Below, piece after piece: positions 29,438 to 43,395 of a DNA stretch of 64,000 bases. How positions within the stretch are numbered: the stretch's first letter is position 1; each line of letters opens with the position of its first letter. The position numbers and the translations under genes were made by a program. The notes under the pieces were generated by a model. It saw only the letters and a list, made by a program, of their open reading frames with translations. It made no database searches and was not told where the DNA came from. This stretch comes from the human T2T-CHM13v2.0 reference genome, Homo sapiens, in the NCBI RefSeq assembly GCF_009914755.1, contig NC_060935.1. One strand, written 5' to 3'.

Positions 29438-29455
29438 CTGTGAAAATAGAAAGTA
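29438..29455 (-). promoter_or_regulatory. Splice acceptor of the OR8D1 coding exon (16 nt upstream of ATG)
   Basis: Minus strand reads actttctattttcacag|aaatgcc. An acceptor sits at the same -16 position in both OR8B pseudogenes. Confidence 0.75.
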
Positions 29456-30199
29456 TGAATTACCTTAACATGGACCCTCACTGCTCTTCCAAACAAAACC
29501 AAATTGCATAAGGGAGGTTGACAGCAGCTAACAGACTGAGTCATAGTTTTCATTGTCTCTAAACTTGATACCTCTGCTTTGTCTCCCTAAAGTTCCCTGG
29601 GCCTTCTCCAAGTTGGTCCAGAATTTAAGTTACAAAAAAGTACTTCCTGACTGACTCAGTAACATTTGCCTCCTGAATTTGGTAGAAAAAAAGCAAATGT
29701 TTACTTTGTGGGGAGAATTTCTGATAGCCAATTTGTCACAGTTAAACAGTAGAAGAGATTGAAGGAAGATTCAATCACTTTTTCAATTTCCCCAGTTTTC
29801 TCCTACTCAAAGGCCTGCACATATTTCTCACAATATCTGAAAACAAGGAGAGGATGACGCCTCAGCCTCAGAGAATTGAAAGTGTCTATTACTTCCAACT
29901 GGAGTGATGGTGGGCACGGGGTTGGGTGTAAGGCATCTACTCATTATGCTGAATAAAAATACCTCCAGTGTAAAAATACTGCAGAAGTGGGAGTCTCCAC
30001 ATAATACCTCTGGCCCTCTGCTAAGCTGGAGAAGGGTGGGGGAGGCAAAAGCTTCATCATTGGAATCACTGATGAGAACAATCTCTTGTAACCCAGGTGT
30101 TCATCTATAAAGTTCACAGAGTCTTATCGGACCTCAACTATTGCCAGAAGAGTTGGCTGGCTGGAATCCTAGCAGTGAACTACTTCCCCCCTGACTTAC

Positions 30200-30331
30200 G
30201 AGATCCGCACACCCCACAGAACAGACCTTACGGTGGCAGGAAAAGGTGCTTCTGAAGGTGTCTGAGAAGAATGTTGCTATGGGTGTAAATCTTGAACTTT
30301 CCAAAGCATGGTACCCTTGGTGGTTTGGGCC
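30200..30331 (-). other. Candidate internal 5' UTR exon of OR8D1
   Basis: Minus-strand acceptor ttctcttttatttctttgtatccag| (CAG at 30334-30332). Two possible donors: GTAAGG (30231-30226) and GTAAGT (30199-30194). Confidence 0.5.
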
Positions 30332-31145
30332 CTGGATACAAAGAAATAAAAGAGAATGCTGTACTTTTCCCAGAAGAAGCACTAGAATCTAGTTGGTCCA
30401 CCCTTTTCAACATGAACTGGCTCCCTGGTGGAGCCATTTCAGAGGAGTGTGTGTGTTGTCAGGTGCCAGTTATTCATTTAAGGCTCCAAATAGTCCAGCT
30501 AGAAAGAAACCTGTTCAGTTTTGCAAACTCAGCACTTCCAATGTCTATTTGACAACAGAAATATTGAATGAGCTTAATGAGGTGAACTATAGTCTACTCA
30601 GCAATGAATGGAAAGGTTTGGGTATCAAAGTAGGTGTATTTCAAGGGTTGACTTTACTGCAGACCAGTTTGTAACACTGGGCAAGTCATTTCATGTAAAC
30701 TTCATTGTTCTAATCTGTGAAGTGGGATACCTGTTTCAAAGGTAAAATGGTAAATGTAAAGATTCATTATCTAAAAACACTTGTCAACATTTCATGTGGC
30801 ACATATTGTTAAATACAATTGAACAGAGAAAAGTACATAACATCAGGAGATGAAAATACACTACCTTTGTATGAAGAAAAGACAGACACATGTGTTTCTT
30901 TGCCCTAGGTCCTTCACTTTGGTAAGAATAACCAAAATGTTTTAAACATTTGGTGCTGGTTAGGTTTTAAAATGTTTGTTTTCAGATTTGGAAATTTTGA
31001 GAGGGATTTAAAGTGTTTGGCCTTTTTTGAAGGAGTTGGGGGCACTGAAGTGTTTTCATCTCCAAGGGACATGTGCTTATGAGGCCAGGAGGAAACACAG
31101 CAGAGCTATGCAAGCTGAATGGACTCTTGATCCATCTCCTAGTGA

Positions 31146-32064
<919 letters not shown>

Positions 32065-32369
32065 CTAATAAATACGTAAGCCAGAAGAATTTCAGGGAAG
32101 CAAACACTTCAGTCATATGGAAATTCCTGCACCAGAGCTGGTTGAACTTAGACTAGGAATCATTCCTGCAGATTTTGTGACCCAGGTTATAAAGAAGTGA
32201 CAAGGCAAAATCAATAGAAGAGGAGAAGGGAGGACATAACCTAGAGGAGAGAACAGTGGGGCAGGTGCTCCTCAGTAAAGAGAAAATGTTGCACAAGGGT
32301 CAGCACGGTTGTTAATCGCCAATTGCCCTTGCATTAGATATAATATGATGGTCATAAAGGAGATGGGAC

Positions 32370-32900
32370 ACTTACCTTGGTCCTGCACAGAAACAGAATT
32401 TCTTAGGAATTGTTCACTTTGCTCAGGTCGCAGATCCCTGTAATAGCCAACAAAGAACAAAGTCTTTCCCACTACCTTATACACACATTTATATGCCAAG
32501 GGCTGAATTATTTGGTTGGCTAAAAGTAAAACATCAAAATTTATTAAATAGTACAAACAACTCTTGGACCTTGAAGCAGATCATGATATCCAGCTCCCCC
32601 AATCTTAAAAGCAAGAGGGCGGCATGATATGCAGCTTTCATCTGAGGTTTAGTGAGCTTAGGGATATCATTAGGAATAAAAACACACCCATACACACACA
32701 AATCCCCCAAGACCTATTGAGCCCAGAGATTACTGGTGTGCCCAACATTTAATAACCCTCTGCAGAAATGATCACATCATGTCCTGGGCCCCCTATTGCC
32801 GTTTATCCCAAGAGTGTTGGAGGTCCTGAAAGAAGTTTCTTATTTTATTTTTAATGTTACCAATAAGGATTCTGTAACACAGAGGAATTAGATCAATGAT
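32370..32900 (-). promoter_or_regulatory. Candidate OR8D1 first-exon donor and promoter
   Basis: Strong donor AAG|GTAAGT with the exon ending at 32376. Upstream are a homeodomain site TAATGA (32667-32672, minus) and O/E-like TCCCAAGAG and CCCAGAGA in non-repeat sequence. Confidence 0.45.
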
Positions 32901-33248
32901 TCCCAAAATTGATTCCGAAGTCAGTTGCTGGTTCTTGACTAAAAGTTCATCAATGAGTAAAAATTGTTTTAAACTGAAGAAAAACAAAGACAACATAATA
33001 TTTTTTCTAAAACTAAACTTATTCAATTCAAAGGCTGTCCTTTTCTGAGGTTGTCAATTTTACCTCTTTAAATGTTTTGGGATTCGAAATATTCTTTCAT
33101 TTTATTGTATGGTTCTGACAGTAGATAATAGTTATGTCTTTTGGTTGCTTGCTTATTTATTTTTACATTGTATTTGAATGCCTTTACTTGGAAAACCAAA
33201 TTTTTGGCAACCCTATTGTGGTCTCTCATTGCAATTATATTGTCTTGG

Positions 33249-33537
33249 GGCTGGGCGCAGTGGCTCACGCCTGTAATCCCAGCACTTTGGGAGGCCAAGG
33301 CAGGTGGATCACTTGAGGTCAGGAGTTTGAGACCAGCCTGGCCAACATGGTGAAAACCCATCTCTACTGAAAATACAAAAATTAGCCTGGCGTGTTTGCA
33401 CATGCTTGTAATCTCAGCTATTCCGGAGGCAGGAGAATCGCCTGAACCTGGGAGGTGGAGGTTGCAATGAGCCGAGGTTGTGCCACTGCACTCCAGCCTG
33501 GGTAAAAGAGCAAGACTCCATCTCCAAAAAAAAAGGA
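33249..33537 (+). mobile_element. AluS
   Basis: Alu consensus. 16-bp TSD AATTATATTGTCTTGG at 33233-33248 and 33538-33553. Confidence 0.93.
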
Positions 33538-34657
33538 AATTATATTGTCTTGGGAAAGCCAAATTCTGAGAACTGTAAAGTTGGTTACCATAGATAAGCA
33601 ACATAGAATGTCCTGGTTGTCCTTCCTGTGAAAGAGTTCAGATCAGAAATCTTCTACGATCCTGAGAAATATCTTCCATGGAATCTTTTCCACTGAACCA
33701 ATTTTTAATTACCAGAATTCAGTAATCGTTCAGCCTCTGCTCCTGTACTATTCCCTGTGACTGCAGTTTATGTCACTCAATGGCTTAAAAAGCTTTAATC
33801 TATTCCACCCTGTCCAGGGTACCTCCCATTCCAGGTCACATGAGTTCTATGCTTTCCTGATGTAGAGCCACCGTCAAAGGGGATGTAGCTCTTAAGAGCC
33901 ACCTCAACATTTTTGTATTGGTCCCGCCAGAAATAAACAGGATTTCCCCAGTGACTCACTTCTTTAATGAAGTCAGCTATAAAGCATCCACAGATCTCTA
34001 GTAATGTTTACACATAAAAAATATGTTAATATAGTTGATTCAGAACTGGATTTACTCAGTATCTTGTTTTAGTTTCAAATCTGCCCCAATACTAATATCA
34101 TCAATTATAACAACTACTCCTTTTTATAGTATCATAATTAGTAATACTGCTTATAGATGCTCACTGTGTAGTGGGCATTGAACTAACCACTTCATATATA
34201 TATATATTATATATAATTATATATATAATGTTCATTTAATTAAAATAAATATGTGTCTCTAAGGAAGTCATTGAGACTCTAAGACTTAGATTCCTTATCA
34301 ATAAAATAATCAGAATTAAGTAAATTATTTTTCAAATTTCTTAGTGCTAGAACTTTTATGATGAGAAAAACTTATACTAGAAGCAGAAGGATTTTTTTTG
34401 TAGTTCAACTATTCTTTGATTCAGAATTCATGGTAAAAATGTTTTCAATTTCGTACCAATAATTGTTTATGATGAAAAGAGAGAAATAATCCTGGTTGGC
34501 ATTTAGGAGACTCAGACTTTTATCTCGGTTTTATAGTTACTATCTGTGGAAAAGGCAATTTAACCTTGTCAAACTTTAATTTTCTCATCTGTAAAATATT
34601 CCTCATTTGCCTCACAGGGAAGTCATAAAGTAATATATATTACAAAATGCAGTTTGA

Positions 34658-34958
34658 GGCTGGACATGGTGGCTCACATCTGTAATCCCAGCACTTTGGG
34701 AGGCCAAGGCAGGCAGATCACCTAAGGTCAGGAGTTTGAGACCAGCCTGACTAATATGGTAAGACCCCATCTCTACTAAAAATACAAAAATTAGGCGTGG
34801 TGGCAAGCACCTGTAACCCCAGCTATTCAGGAGGCTGAGGCAGAAGGATCGCTTGAACCCGGGAGGCGCAGGTTGCAGTGAGGGAGATCATGCCACTGCA
34901 CTCCAGCCTGTGACAGAGAGATTCCATCTCAAAAAAAAAAAAAAAAAAAAAAAAAAAA
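34658..34958 (+). mobile_element. AluS with long poly(A)
   Basis: Alu consensus. Confidence 0.92.
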
Positions 34959-35919
34959 GCCATTTTAACTGGAGCGAGATGATATTTCATTGTAGTTTTG
35001 ATTTGCATTTTTCTGATGATCGGTGATGTTGAGCACCTTTTCATATACATGTTGTCATTCTTATGTCTTCTCTTGAGAAATTTATTTCAAATGTTTTGCT
35101 CTTTTTAAAATCAGATCATTAGATTTTTCCCATAGAGTCATTTAAGCTCCTTATATATTCTGCTTATTAATCCCTTTTCAGTTGGATATTTGGCAAATAT
35201 TTTCTTCCATTCTGTGGGTTATCTCTTCACTTTTGTTGATTGTTTCCTTTGCTGTGCAGAAGCTTTTTAATATGATGTAATCCCGTTTGTCCATTTTTGC
35301 TTTGGTTGTCTGTGCTTATGGAGTATCCCTCAAGAACTATTTGCCCACTCCAATGTTCTGAGAATTTCCCCAATGTTTTCTTTTAGTAGTTTCATAGTTT
35401 AAGGTCTTGTATTTAAGTCTTTAGTCCATTTTGATTTGATTTTTGTATATGGTGAGAGACAGGGGTCAAGTTTCATTCTTTTGCGTATGGATATTCAGTT
35501 TTCCAGCATCAAGTATTGAACAGACAATCCTTTCCCCAATGTATGTTGGCTCTTTTGTCAAAAATGAGAATATGTATGGATTTGTTTCTGAGTTCTCTAT
35601 TCTGTTCCATTGGTCTTTGTGTCTGCTTTTATACAAGTACCATGCTCTTTTGATTACTATAGCTTGTTGTATAATTTGATTCCTCCAGTTTGGGAGGTAA
35701 TGTGGTTCCTCTAGTTTTGTTCTGCTCAGGATAGCTTTGGCTATTCTGTATCTTTTGTGGTTCCACATACATTTTAGGATTGTTGTTTCATTTCTGTGAA
35801 AAAATGCCAGTGATATTTTGATAGGGATTGCACTGAATTGGTAGATTGAGTGCAATGGGTAGTATGAACATTTTAACAATATTGATTTTTCCAGTCCGTG
35901 AACTTGGAATAACTTTTTA

Positions 35920-35969
<50 letters not shown>

Positions 35970-36426
35970 CTCTTTCTTTCATCGATGTTTTATAATTTTC
36001 ATTGTAGAGATATTTCACTTCTTTGGTTAATTTCTAGGTATTTTATTTGAGTTGTAGGTATTGTAAATAGGATTACTTCTTAAATTTCTTTTTCAGATTG
36101 CTCACTGTTGGCATGTAGAAATGCTACTGATTTTGTATGTCAACTTTATATCTTGCAACTTTACTGAGTTTGTTCAGTAGTACAAAATGAATTTAAACTT
36201 TTCTGAACAATTTGAACTTCTCTGAAAAGTTCAAAAAGTCCAGAAAAAAAGTTCAAATTGAATTTGAACTTTTCCAAATCAGTTCTAATAGTTTTTTTTG
36301 GTGGCATCTTTAGGCTTTTCTAAACATAAGATCATGTCATCTGCAAGCAACGATAACTTGACTTCTTCCTTTCTAATTTGGATGCCCTTTCTTTCTCTTG
36401 TCTGATTGCTCTAGTTAGGACTTCCA
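34959..36426 (-). mobile_element. L1MA-like ORF2 fragment containing (GT)23 at 35923-35968
   Basis: ORF 35466-35879 resembles ORF2 (AWYLYKSRHKDQWNRIE). Confidence 0.82.
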
Positions 36427-37004
36427 AACAATTAGTTCTGATTTATGGGAACTTGTAAAGTGGAAGAAAAAGAGAAAGGGAATAAAAGAGATTATAGGAA
36501 AGGGGGAGTAGGCATGTTCAGATAGTGGAAAGGATAAAAAGAGATGGAATAGAAAGTATCAGAAGGTGATGAAATGAATGGATCATAAAACCTCAGTGTT
36601 AGCAATGAACAAAGGGATCAGTTTGGTCATATTCTTAGCCAGCATTTGATTCTTCTCAGAAATATTCCAGACAGAATGGTTGAATATTCTGTCTGGAATA
36701 TGTACTTAAATCCCTACTGCTGGATAGTTCATAAATTCCCAAGATAGCTAATTATTTTTTGATAGTTCTGATTTTTGGAAGAGTCTTCTTTAGCCTACTT
36801 GTGCTCTGTGGCAAGAACTACTAAAACCTCAATAACTAGCCTACAGCCCTTCTGTGTGTAACTCCTATGTGTAACTTAATTATCCTCTAATATCTGTGAG
36901 CAATTTCTATCCTCTTGGCTTTATTTTCTAAGACATTTTATGATCTGAGATTCTATGATGTATTTTTCTCCCTGTTTATTGCCTTTCTTTCAGGCTAAAA
37001 CCTA

Positions 37005-37140
37005 AATCTAATGAAGGCAAGGAGTTTGTGACTTTTGTTCATCTCTTTATCACCAGTATGAGGAATAGTGACAGGTATGTAGTGGGCATTCAATGAGTAT
37101 TCCTTAAATGAATGACCCAAAGAATAAACAAATCAATGAA
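37005..37140 (+). mobile_element. L2 3' end
   Basis: gaaggcaaggagtttg...tagtgacaggtatgtagtgggcattcaatgagtattccttaaatgaatga. Confidence 0.6.
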
Positions 37141-37554
37141 TGTGTGATTTCAAGTTGCTTCATCATGGCCATGCGTCTCAGAATATATTTCAGAATGCCA
37201 GTGGCCTCTTAAATAGTAATATCAACAAAGTAAATTACTTTCAAGTGGACACAGTCTAATTGCTGTTGTGCAAGTGATAACTAGAATGTTCCTCATTCTA
37301 AATACTAAAATGTAGCTAATGCAGACAAGGTAACAGTAACTTTCTAGGTAGTTATGCTTTTTACTTATATTGTCAAAAATCCTTAATTCTCTGGAGTTAA
37401 ATAAAGTTTTTCCCACTCTCTCCATTTTTATAGAAGTATAGAATCTTATATTACCCATGTACATTTTTAAAATCTCATTAAATGCGACTATCACTCCAGC
37501 CTTTAAAAGTCTTTGTGAATCATGCTCTGTCATCCATTAAATCAACTATTTCAA

Positions 37555-37650
37555 GGCTGAGGATCGTGACTCAGGCTTCTAATTCCAGCACATTGGGAGG
37601 CCAAGTTTGGAGGATTACTTGAGGCCAGAAGTTCAAGACCAGCCTGGGCT
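37555..37650 (+). mobile_element. Alu left monomer (FLAM-like)
   Basis: ccagcacattgggaggccaag...gttcaagaccagcctggg. Confidence 0.75.
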
Positions 37651-37929
37651 TTCAAAAGTAATATGTTCAATAAATTGTTTTTAATGTTTATTTGCCCTTC
37701 CTCTTCTGTCATCTCCCATTTCTCTAATACATTTTCGAAGATTATATTGACCATCAGAAAATTTTGTTTCATAATCTCCAAAAATGTCTTAATCATTCTC
37801 TAATATAAAATATACATTTTTAAGTGATGATAATTTTTCTCTCTCCGAGAGAGACAGAAACTTACAAAGATCCTATAACAACTTTTTATATGGTTTATTT
37901 TTTCTGGCTGCCAATGAGAACCCTCTTTG

Positions 37930-38865
37930 TCAGGATGACTGCCTTCCCCTAGTCATCTTCTTCAGTGCATTTTTCACATCCTTGTTCCTCAGGCTATAGA
38001 TTAGAGGATTCAGCATGGGGATTATTGTGATGTAGAACACAGAAGACACCTTCTCTTTTTCCATAGTAGTGCTGGAAGGGGGCTTGAAATACATGAATGT
38101 TATAGACCCAAAAAAGATGCCCACAGCCAAGAGATGGGAGCTACAAGTGCCAAAGGCTTTGGATTGCCCCTCAGTGGAATGAATACCAAGGATACTAGAG
38201 AAAATGAAAGCATAAGAGATAAGGACCGCCAGTGTAGTTGCTAAGGTATTAACTCCTCCAATAATGAACAGCAGAATCTCATTGATGTGGGTGCTGGAGC
38301 AAGACAGAGTCAATAAGGGGAGAATATCACAAAAATAATGACTGACCGTATGAGACCTACAGAATGACAACACTGACATGCGGGTAGTATGGACTGTGGC
38401 CCACAGAAAACCCAGTGAGTATACCACAGCCATCATTATGGAACAGACCCTGTGGGACATGACAATATTGTAAAGCAGTGGGCGACAGATAGCAACATAA
38501 CGGTCATATTCCATGGCTGTCAGAAGGTAGCCTTCTGCAATTACAAAAATAAGGAAGAAATAAAGTTGAGTAATGCATTCCAGAAAGGAGATAATGTTCT
38601 CCTCTGGAACAAAGTTCACCAGCATCTTAGGGGTAATGACAGAGGAGTAGCAGAGATCAATGAAAGACAAATGACTGAGAAAATAATACACTGGAGGGTA
38701 AAGTTGAGAACTGAGAGCAATTAAGAAGATCATGCCCAGGTTCCCCACCACTGTGACCACATATATTCCAAGGAACAGGAGGAAGAGTGGCAGTTGAAGT
38801 TCTGGGCGTTGTGTCAAGCCTGCCAGGATAAACTCAGCCCCTGAAGAATGGTTTGAAGTAGCCAT
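37930..38865 (-). CDS. OR8D2: Olfactory receptor family 8 subfamily D member 2 (311 aa)
   Basis: Intact 311-aa ORF with NHS sequon, [42 protein letters not shown]. Close paralog of OR8D1 and recognised as human OR8D2. Confidence 0.95.
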
Positions 38866-40153
38866 GTCTTTTAAGGTATTATGTGTAATAAGAAATAAGA
38901 GAAAAGAGAGACATTAGATTTATTTTCTGATTCCCAAAGCAGAATGACATGCCCCATGTTGGTTGCTTCCATTCCTGAGAGCCTCATCTGTCCCATGATT
39001 GCCTCTTTTCAGGGACCTCTTACAAGATCAAGGGCAAATATTATGAGTATAACCAAGAACCTTGATTTCACCCAAAACCCTGTTGAATGCTCCTCTTTTA
39101 GTAAGAGTCCTTCCATTTTGTTTCCAGGCTTATGCCCATAATTACCTCACTGCTGGAGGAAGCACAAACTTTCCAAATCTAATTAGTTTGTCATTGCTAC
39201 CATTAAAACAACACTGCTTACCTTCTTTATCTGAGCATATGCCAATAGAACCTTCAGACTTTGTTACAACATGGCTTCTAATCCAGCTCTGATGATATAA
39301 AAGTAGTCCATTTCAGTTTCCTTACCCATCAACATGAATCAACATAATTAGCATTTGCTAAAACTAGGAAATAAGAAACATAAAAGACGTCTATAAAGAG
39401 ACCTTAGTACAAAAAAAAAAGTATGGAAATGGTTCTAATCAATTCTGACCCTCATTAGCTCACTTCTGTTCTTTGAATGGAAAACTTGAGTGGGCCAGGA
39501 GATTCTTGTACTCAGTGTGGATGTGGTTGACAGAAATGTTGTGCCAAGGGCTATCCTGAGATTCTAGTTTAGATCTTTCCTGTTCCAGAAACAGCAAAGA
39601 AGCAAAGAAGTAAGGCTGACTTTCAGGTGTAAGACCTGAACCATCAGCAACTCAGCGCTTCCCTCCTTGGCCCTTTCCTGCTATCCATTATTCATGGCCA
39701 AACTCTCACTGACCTTTCTCTTTCAAAGCTGTGAGATCTGAACTGGAGATTTCTTATTCCCTGACTTCGTTTCCCCTAAAGTTTAAGCAAAGGATTCAGG
39801 GTGTGTTGCTTTCAGCTGAAACACTGTATATTACCTAAGACATCAGGTTTCATAATTTTTTTCCAAAGTGAGAAAAAATGTCAAGGGAGGAAAAACTCCA
39901 TACATAGAGTGAGATGTTGTTTGCTTTTATTTTGCATAAAAACATATTTTTATGATCACAAACAAAAATTTATAAAAATTTGCTTCTACAGTGTTTTAAG
40001 GGTACTCAATATGTATATCGATTTAAAAGCTGACAGGTGGGGTGTTATCTCCAAGAGCACTTGAGAAGACAGCCATGTTTCTGAATTAGGGGAATTAGAG
40101 AATACTCTAAGAGAAAGAGAATCAGAGTTACCAGAATGCAACTCTAACAAGCC

Positions 40154-40600
40154 CTGTTACGGGAAGTTCAGGAATTCTAGATTTTTAGCCTTACTTGGAA
40201 AAATATTCTACCAAATGACTGAATTAGCCAAAAAGAGAATTTGTTGAAGAAAAATAGCAGAGAGCTTATTTAGAGAGAGACAGTACACTCTGGAAAGGTG
40301 AGACAGAGCTGGCTGCTGAAGGGGAGTGAGCCAGCAGCAGCTTGAGAGTTCTGCACTGGGTTTTTGAGATGATGTCCGACACTTTCTTGAAGTTCCCACC
40401 TCTGTCGTGAGCCTCTGCCTTTTCCTTTGTCCAGGTTCCTGCTTCTGCCTTAAGTCCCCTTCTCTTCCCTGCCTAGTTCCCATGCCAGGCTTGTGGAACC
40501 CTCCCTTACTATTGGCTGATGTGCATGCATGGACCCTGTGTTGGATATGAATCCTGCCTAACAGCCGCATTGCCACCCAAGGGAGGCTGCTTAATAATAG
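40154..40600 (-). mobile_element. ERV1-type LTR fragment (MER31/MER67-like, subfamily uncertain)
   Basis: Starts tgttacggg. cagtacactctg and ttgaagttcccacctctgtc resemble MER4-group LTRs. Confidence 0.45.
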
Positions 40601-40832
40601 GTCTAGTGATTGAAGCACATTCTTTCCTATATCCGTAACATTTCTATATTGATATATTCCCAAATTATTTTCATCACAGAACTATCACAAATAACGCCTA
40701 GAGTATTTCTTTTAGAAAAGACTATCTCAATAAAGTAGAAAGGTTAAGAATTTAAAATTACGTGCTATGGAATGAGAACTTTACCCTCTTTATTACTCAT
40801 TAAGCTAAGCATAATGATATATAACATACTAC

Positions 40833-40980
40833 TTTTTTTACTTTAAATTCTGGTGTACATGTGCAGAACGTGCAGGTTTGCTACATAGGTATGCATGTGC
40901 CATGGTGGTTTGCTGCACCCCAAGTGCATTAGGTTTTAAGCCCCAAATGCATTAGCTGTTTGTCCTGATGCTCTCCCTCT
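40833..40980 (-). mobile_element. L1PA 3' tip
   Basis: tacatgtgcagaacgtgcaggtttg. Absent from paralogous copy B. Confidence 0.85.
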
Positions 40981-41769
40981 ACAAATTTATACCATGAGAT
41001 TGTATTTATACTTTCTTCTCCCACAGACATCAAGAGTAATGACTACATTTATCATCTGGTGTGGTAAAGACAATCATCTCTTCCTTGCTATGATCTGAAT
41101 TACTCTAAGTTTTTTAAAAGTGTTACCCTACCTCTGCCGATTCTCCTTTCTGTGAGCCATCTGTACTAGGAAGTTGTTCCCACATACTGAGGCCTTATTC
41201 TCAATCTTGTTCATGGATTAGTTTACTGTTCACTTGAGTATAGCTGTAATCAAAGTTTTATAACCTTATTGTATTGTGAAATTTAGCTTAAATACATATA
41301 TAAAAATGTAGAAAATATATATACTTCCACCTACTATAAAATGAGCAGCTTTAACCACCATGCAGATCTATAAATAGAATATCACCAGCACCCCAGAGCC
41401 CTCTATGTGCCCCCTTTTTATTGTAGCTCCATCCATCCTTCCATTCTCTATCCTGATTCTATTGCAATCACTCTCTGGTTTTTGTTATAGCTTCATCACC
41501 TAAGTGTGGCTTCATTGGTTATCTGCATCTAGCCCAGAAAAGGGCAAAGAGAAAGTTAAAAGGGAACAATGTAGCCCTGGAATAGCATCCATCATCTCTA
41601 AAATAGTCACATGCCACACGGCACTGCAGGAGACACTGGGAAATGTGTGTTCTGGAAGAACAGTGAACAGCAACAATCTCTGACACACTGGGCTAATCAT
41701 ATTGGTGCCTACCAATTATCAATGGTTGGTTATGTGTCTTTTTGAGTCTTGACTTGATGACATTTTGCT

Positions 41770-41893
41770 GGCTCCTTTCTTTCCCATACCCCTACTTCTA
41801 TTTTACAGAATGAGGTGTTGCCCCATTCTAGAATGGCAAATAAAAGCCAATTAGAGCTTTAAATCAAATGTGTTATAATTTTATCTTTTGACA
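41770..41893 (+). mobile_element. LTR 3' end (LTR37-like)
   Basis: aaataaaagccaattagagctttaaa...ttttgaca. Confidence 0.5.
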
Positions 41894-43061
41894 AAACTAA
41901 TGTACATTCACTGTGGATTATGTGTTTAATCAAAGCTTAATGGATAATGCAGAATAATTACAGTACTTTACAGAATGGCATACAAATTCGGAATAAAATG
42001 CAGTTTCTAAAACTTCTTTGACCATTTCCCACAGAGGTACCTTGCATTTATTGGCCATGTGTCTTCTTGGGTATTAACTTAATGACATTTTGCTGACTCC
42101 TTCCTCTCCCACACCCCTACTCTCTAAATTACTAGTACTTACACATTCAAAATTCTCCTTTTTAAAAAATTTGGCTGAGAAGTCTCCCCTCTGTTTAACC
42201 CACTCACCTTTCAACTATACCAGCTCAACAGGCCTCCTCTTTCCCAACAAAAAGAACCTTCAAATGATTTTCCTAAACATACACACAAGATAAATGGAAA
42301 AACAATACCCTACCTGAGAAAAAGTCATGTTTCATTTCAGAACTAAGCAGTCAACATTCAAAATAGCAATTTTTTTATATATTGTACTTGCTGAAATAAA
42401 ATAATAGAATGAAGTAGAAGCAAAGTAAACTAGAAAGAGTAGTCAATTTAAAATCAGAAGGCTAATAGCTTATTCTAAGTTTTTTCATTAAGAAGCTGGG
42501 TGACTATAAGTAAATCAATAACCACTCTGAGCCTCCCTTTCCTGACCATGCAATAAACACATATTGAACATCTGTTATATGCTACTTTGAAGGCACAAAG
42601 GTAAATAAGAAAACTCTTTGCCAAAGGAAGCATAATGAACAGTGTTTATAGATGCAAAGTGGGTTATAATTGATAGTCTTTATGAAACTTTCAATCTCTG
42701 GCATTTAAAGGAAACATCCATTTTCTCAGTAGAGGATGTAAAGATGAGAGTTAAAATAGATTGTCTAATTCATGTTTCCAACAGCAAGTGGCAAAAAACC
42801 ATCCCAATACAACAATGTTGTTCTATTGTTACTTGGTTCATTTATTGTCAGGCTATTCATTTTTTCCAGTAGAAAACAAAATGAAGTTCAAAATGGCAAT
42901 GAATAAAGAAACAGGTATAATAAACTTCTTCCTCAAAGTTATTACTCAACAAGAAAAAAGTGAGAAAAATAAATTATACAATGATTAAGAAAATAGGAAG
43001 ATCTACTCTATAAAAAGTACAAATAAATTATCAAGAGAATACTCCAATGTCTTTCTTTCTT

Positions 43062-43395
43062 TTTCTTTTTTTGTTTACTTTAAGTTCTGGGTTACATGTG
43101 CTGAACGTGCAGGTTTGTTACATAGGTATACATGTATCATGGTGGTTTGCTGCACCTATCAACCCGTCATCTAGGTTTTAAGCCCCACATACATTAGGCA
43201 TTTGTCCTAATGCTCTCCCTCCTCTTGTCCCCCACCCCTGAGAGGCCCCGGTATGTTATGTTCCCCTCCCTGTGTTCATGTGTTCTCATTGTTCAACCCC
43301 CACTTATAAGTGAGAACATGTGGTATTTGCTTTTCTGTTCCTGTGTTAGTTTGCTGAGAATGATGGCTTCCAGCTTCATCCATGTCCCTGCAGAG
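43062..43395 (-). mobile_element. 5'-truncated L1PA just downstream of the first OR8B pseudogene
   Basis: L1PA 3' UTR. 17-bp TSD CAATGTCTTTCTTTCTT at 43045-43061 and 43396-43412. Confidence 0.9.

Noticed and set aside
29904-30674. Cluster of short overlapping ORFs as a processed pseudogene or microprotein
   Set aside because: No recognisable protein similarity, poly(A) or TSD. Better explained as OR8D1 5' UTR exon and intron sequence.
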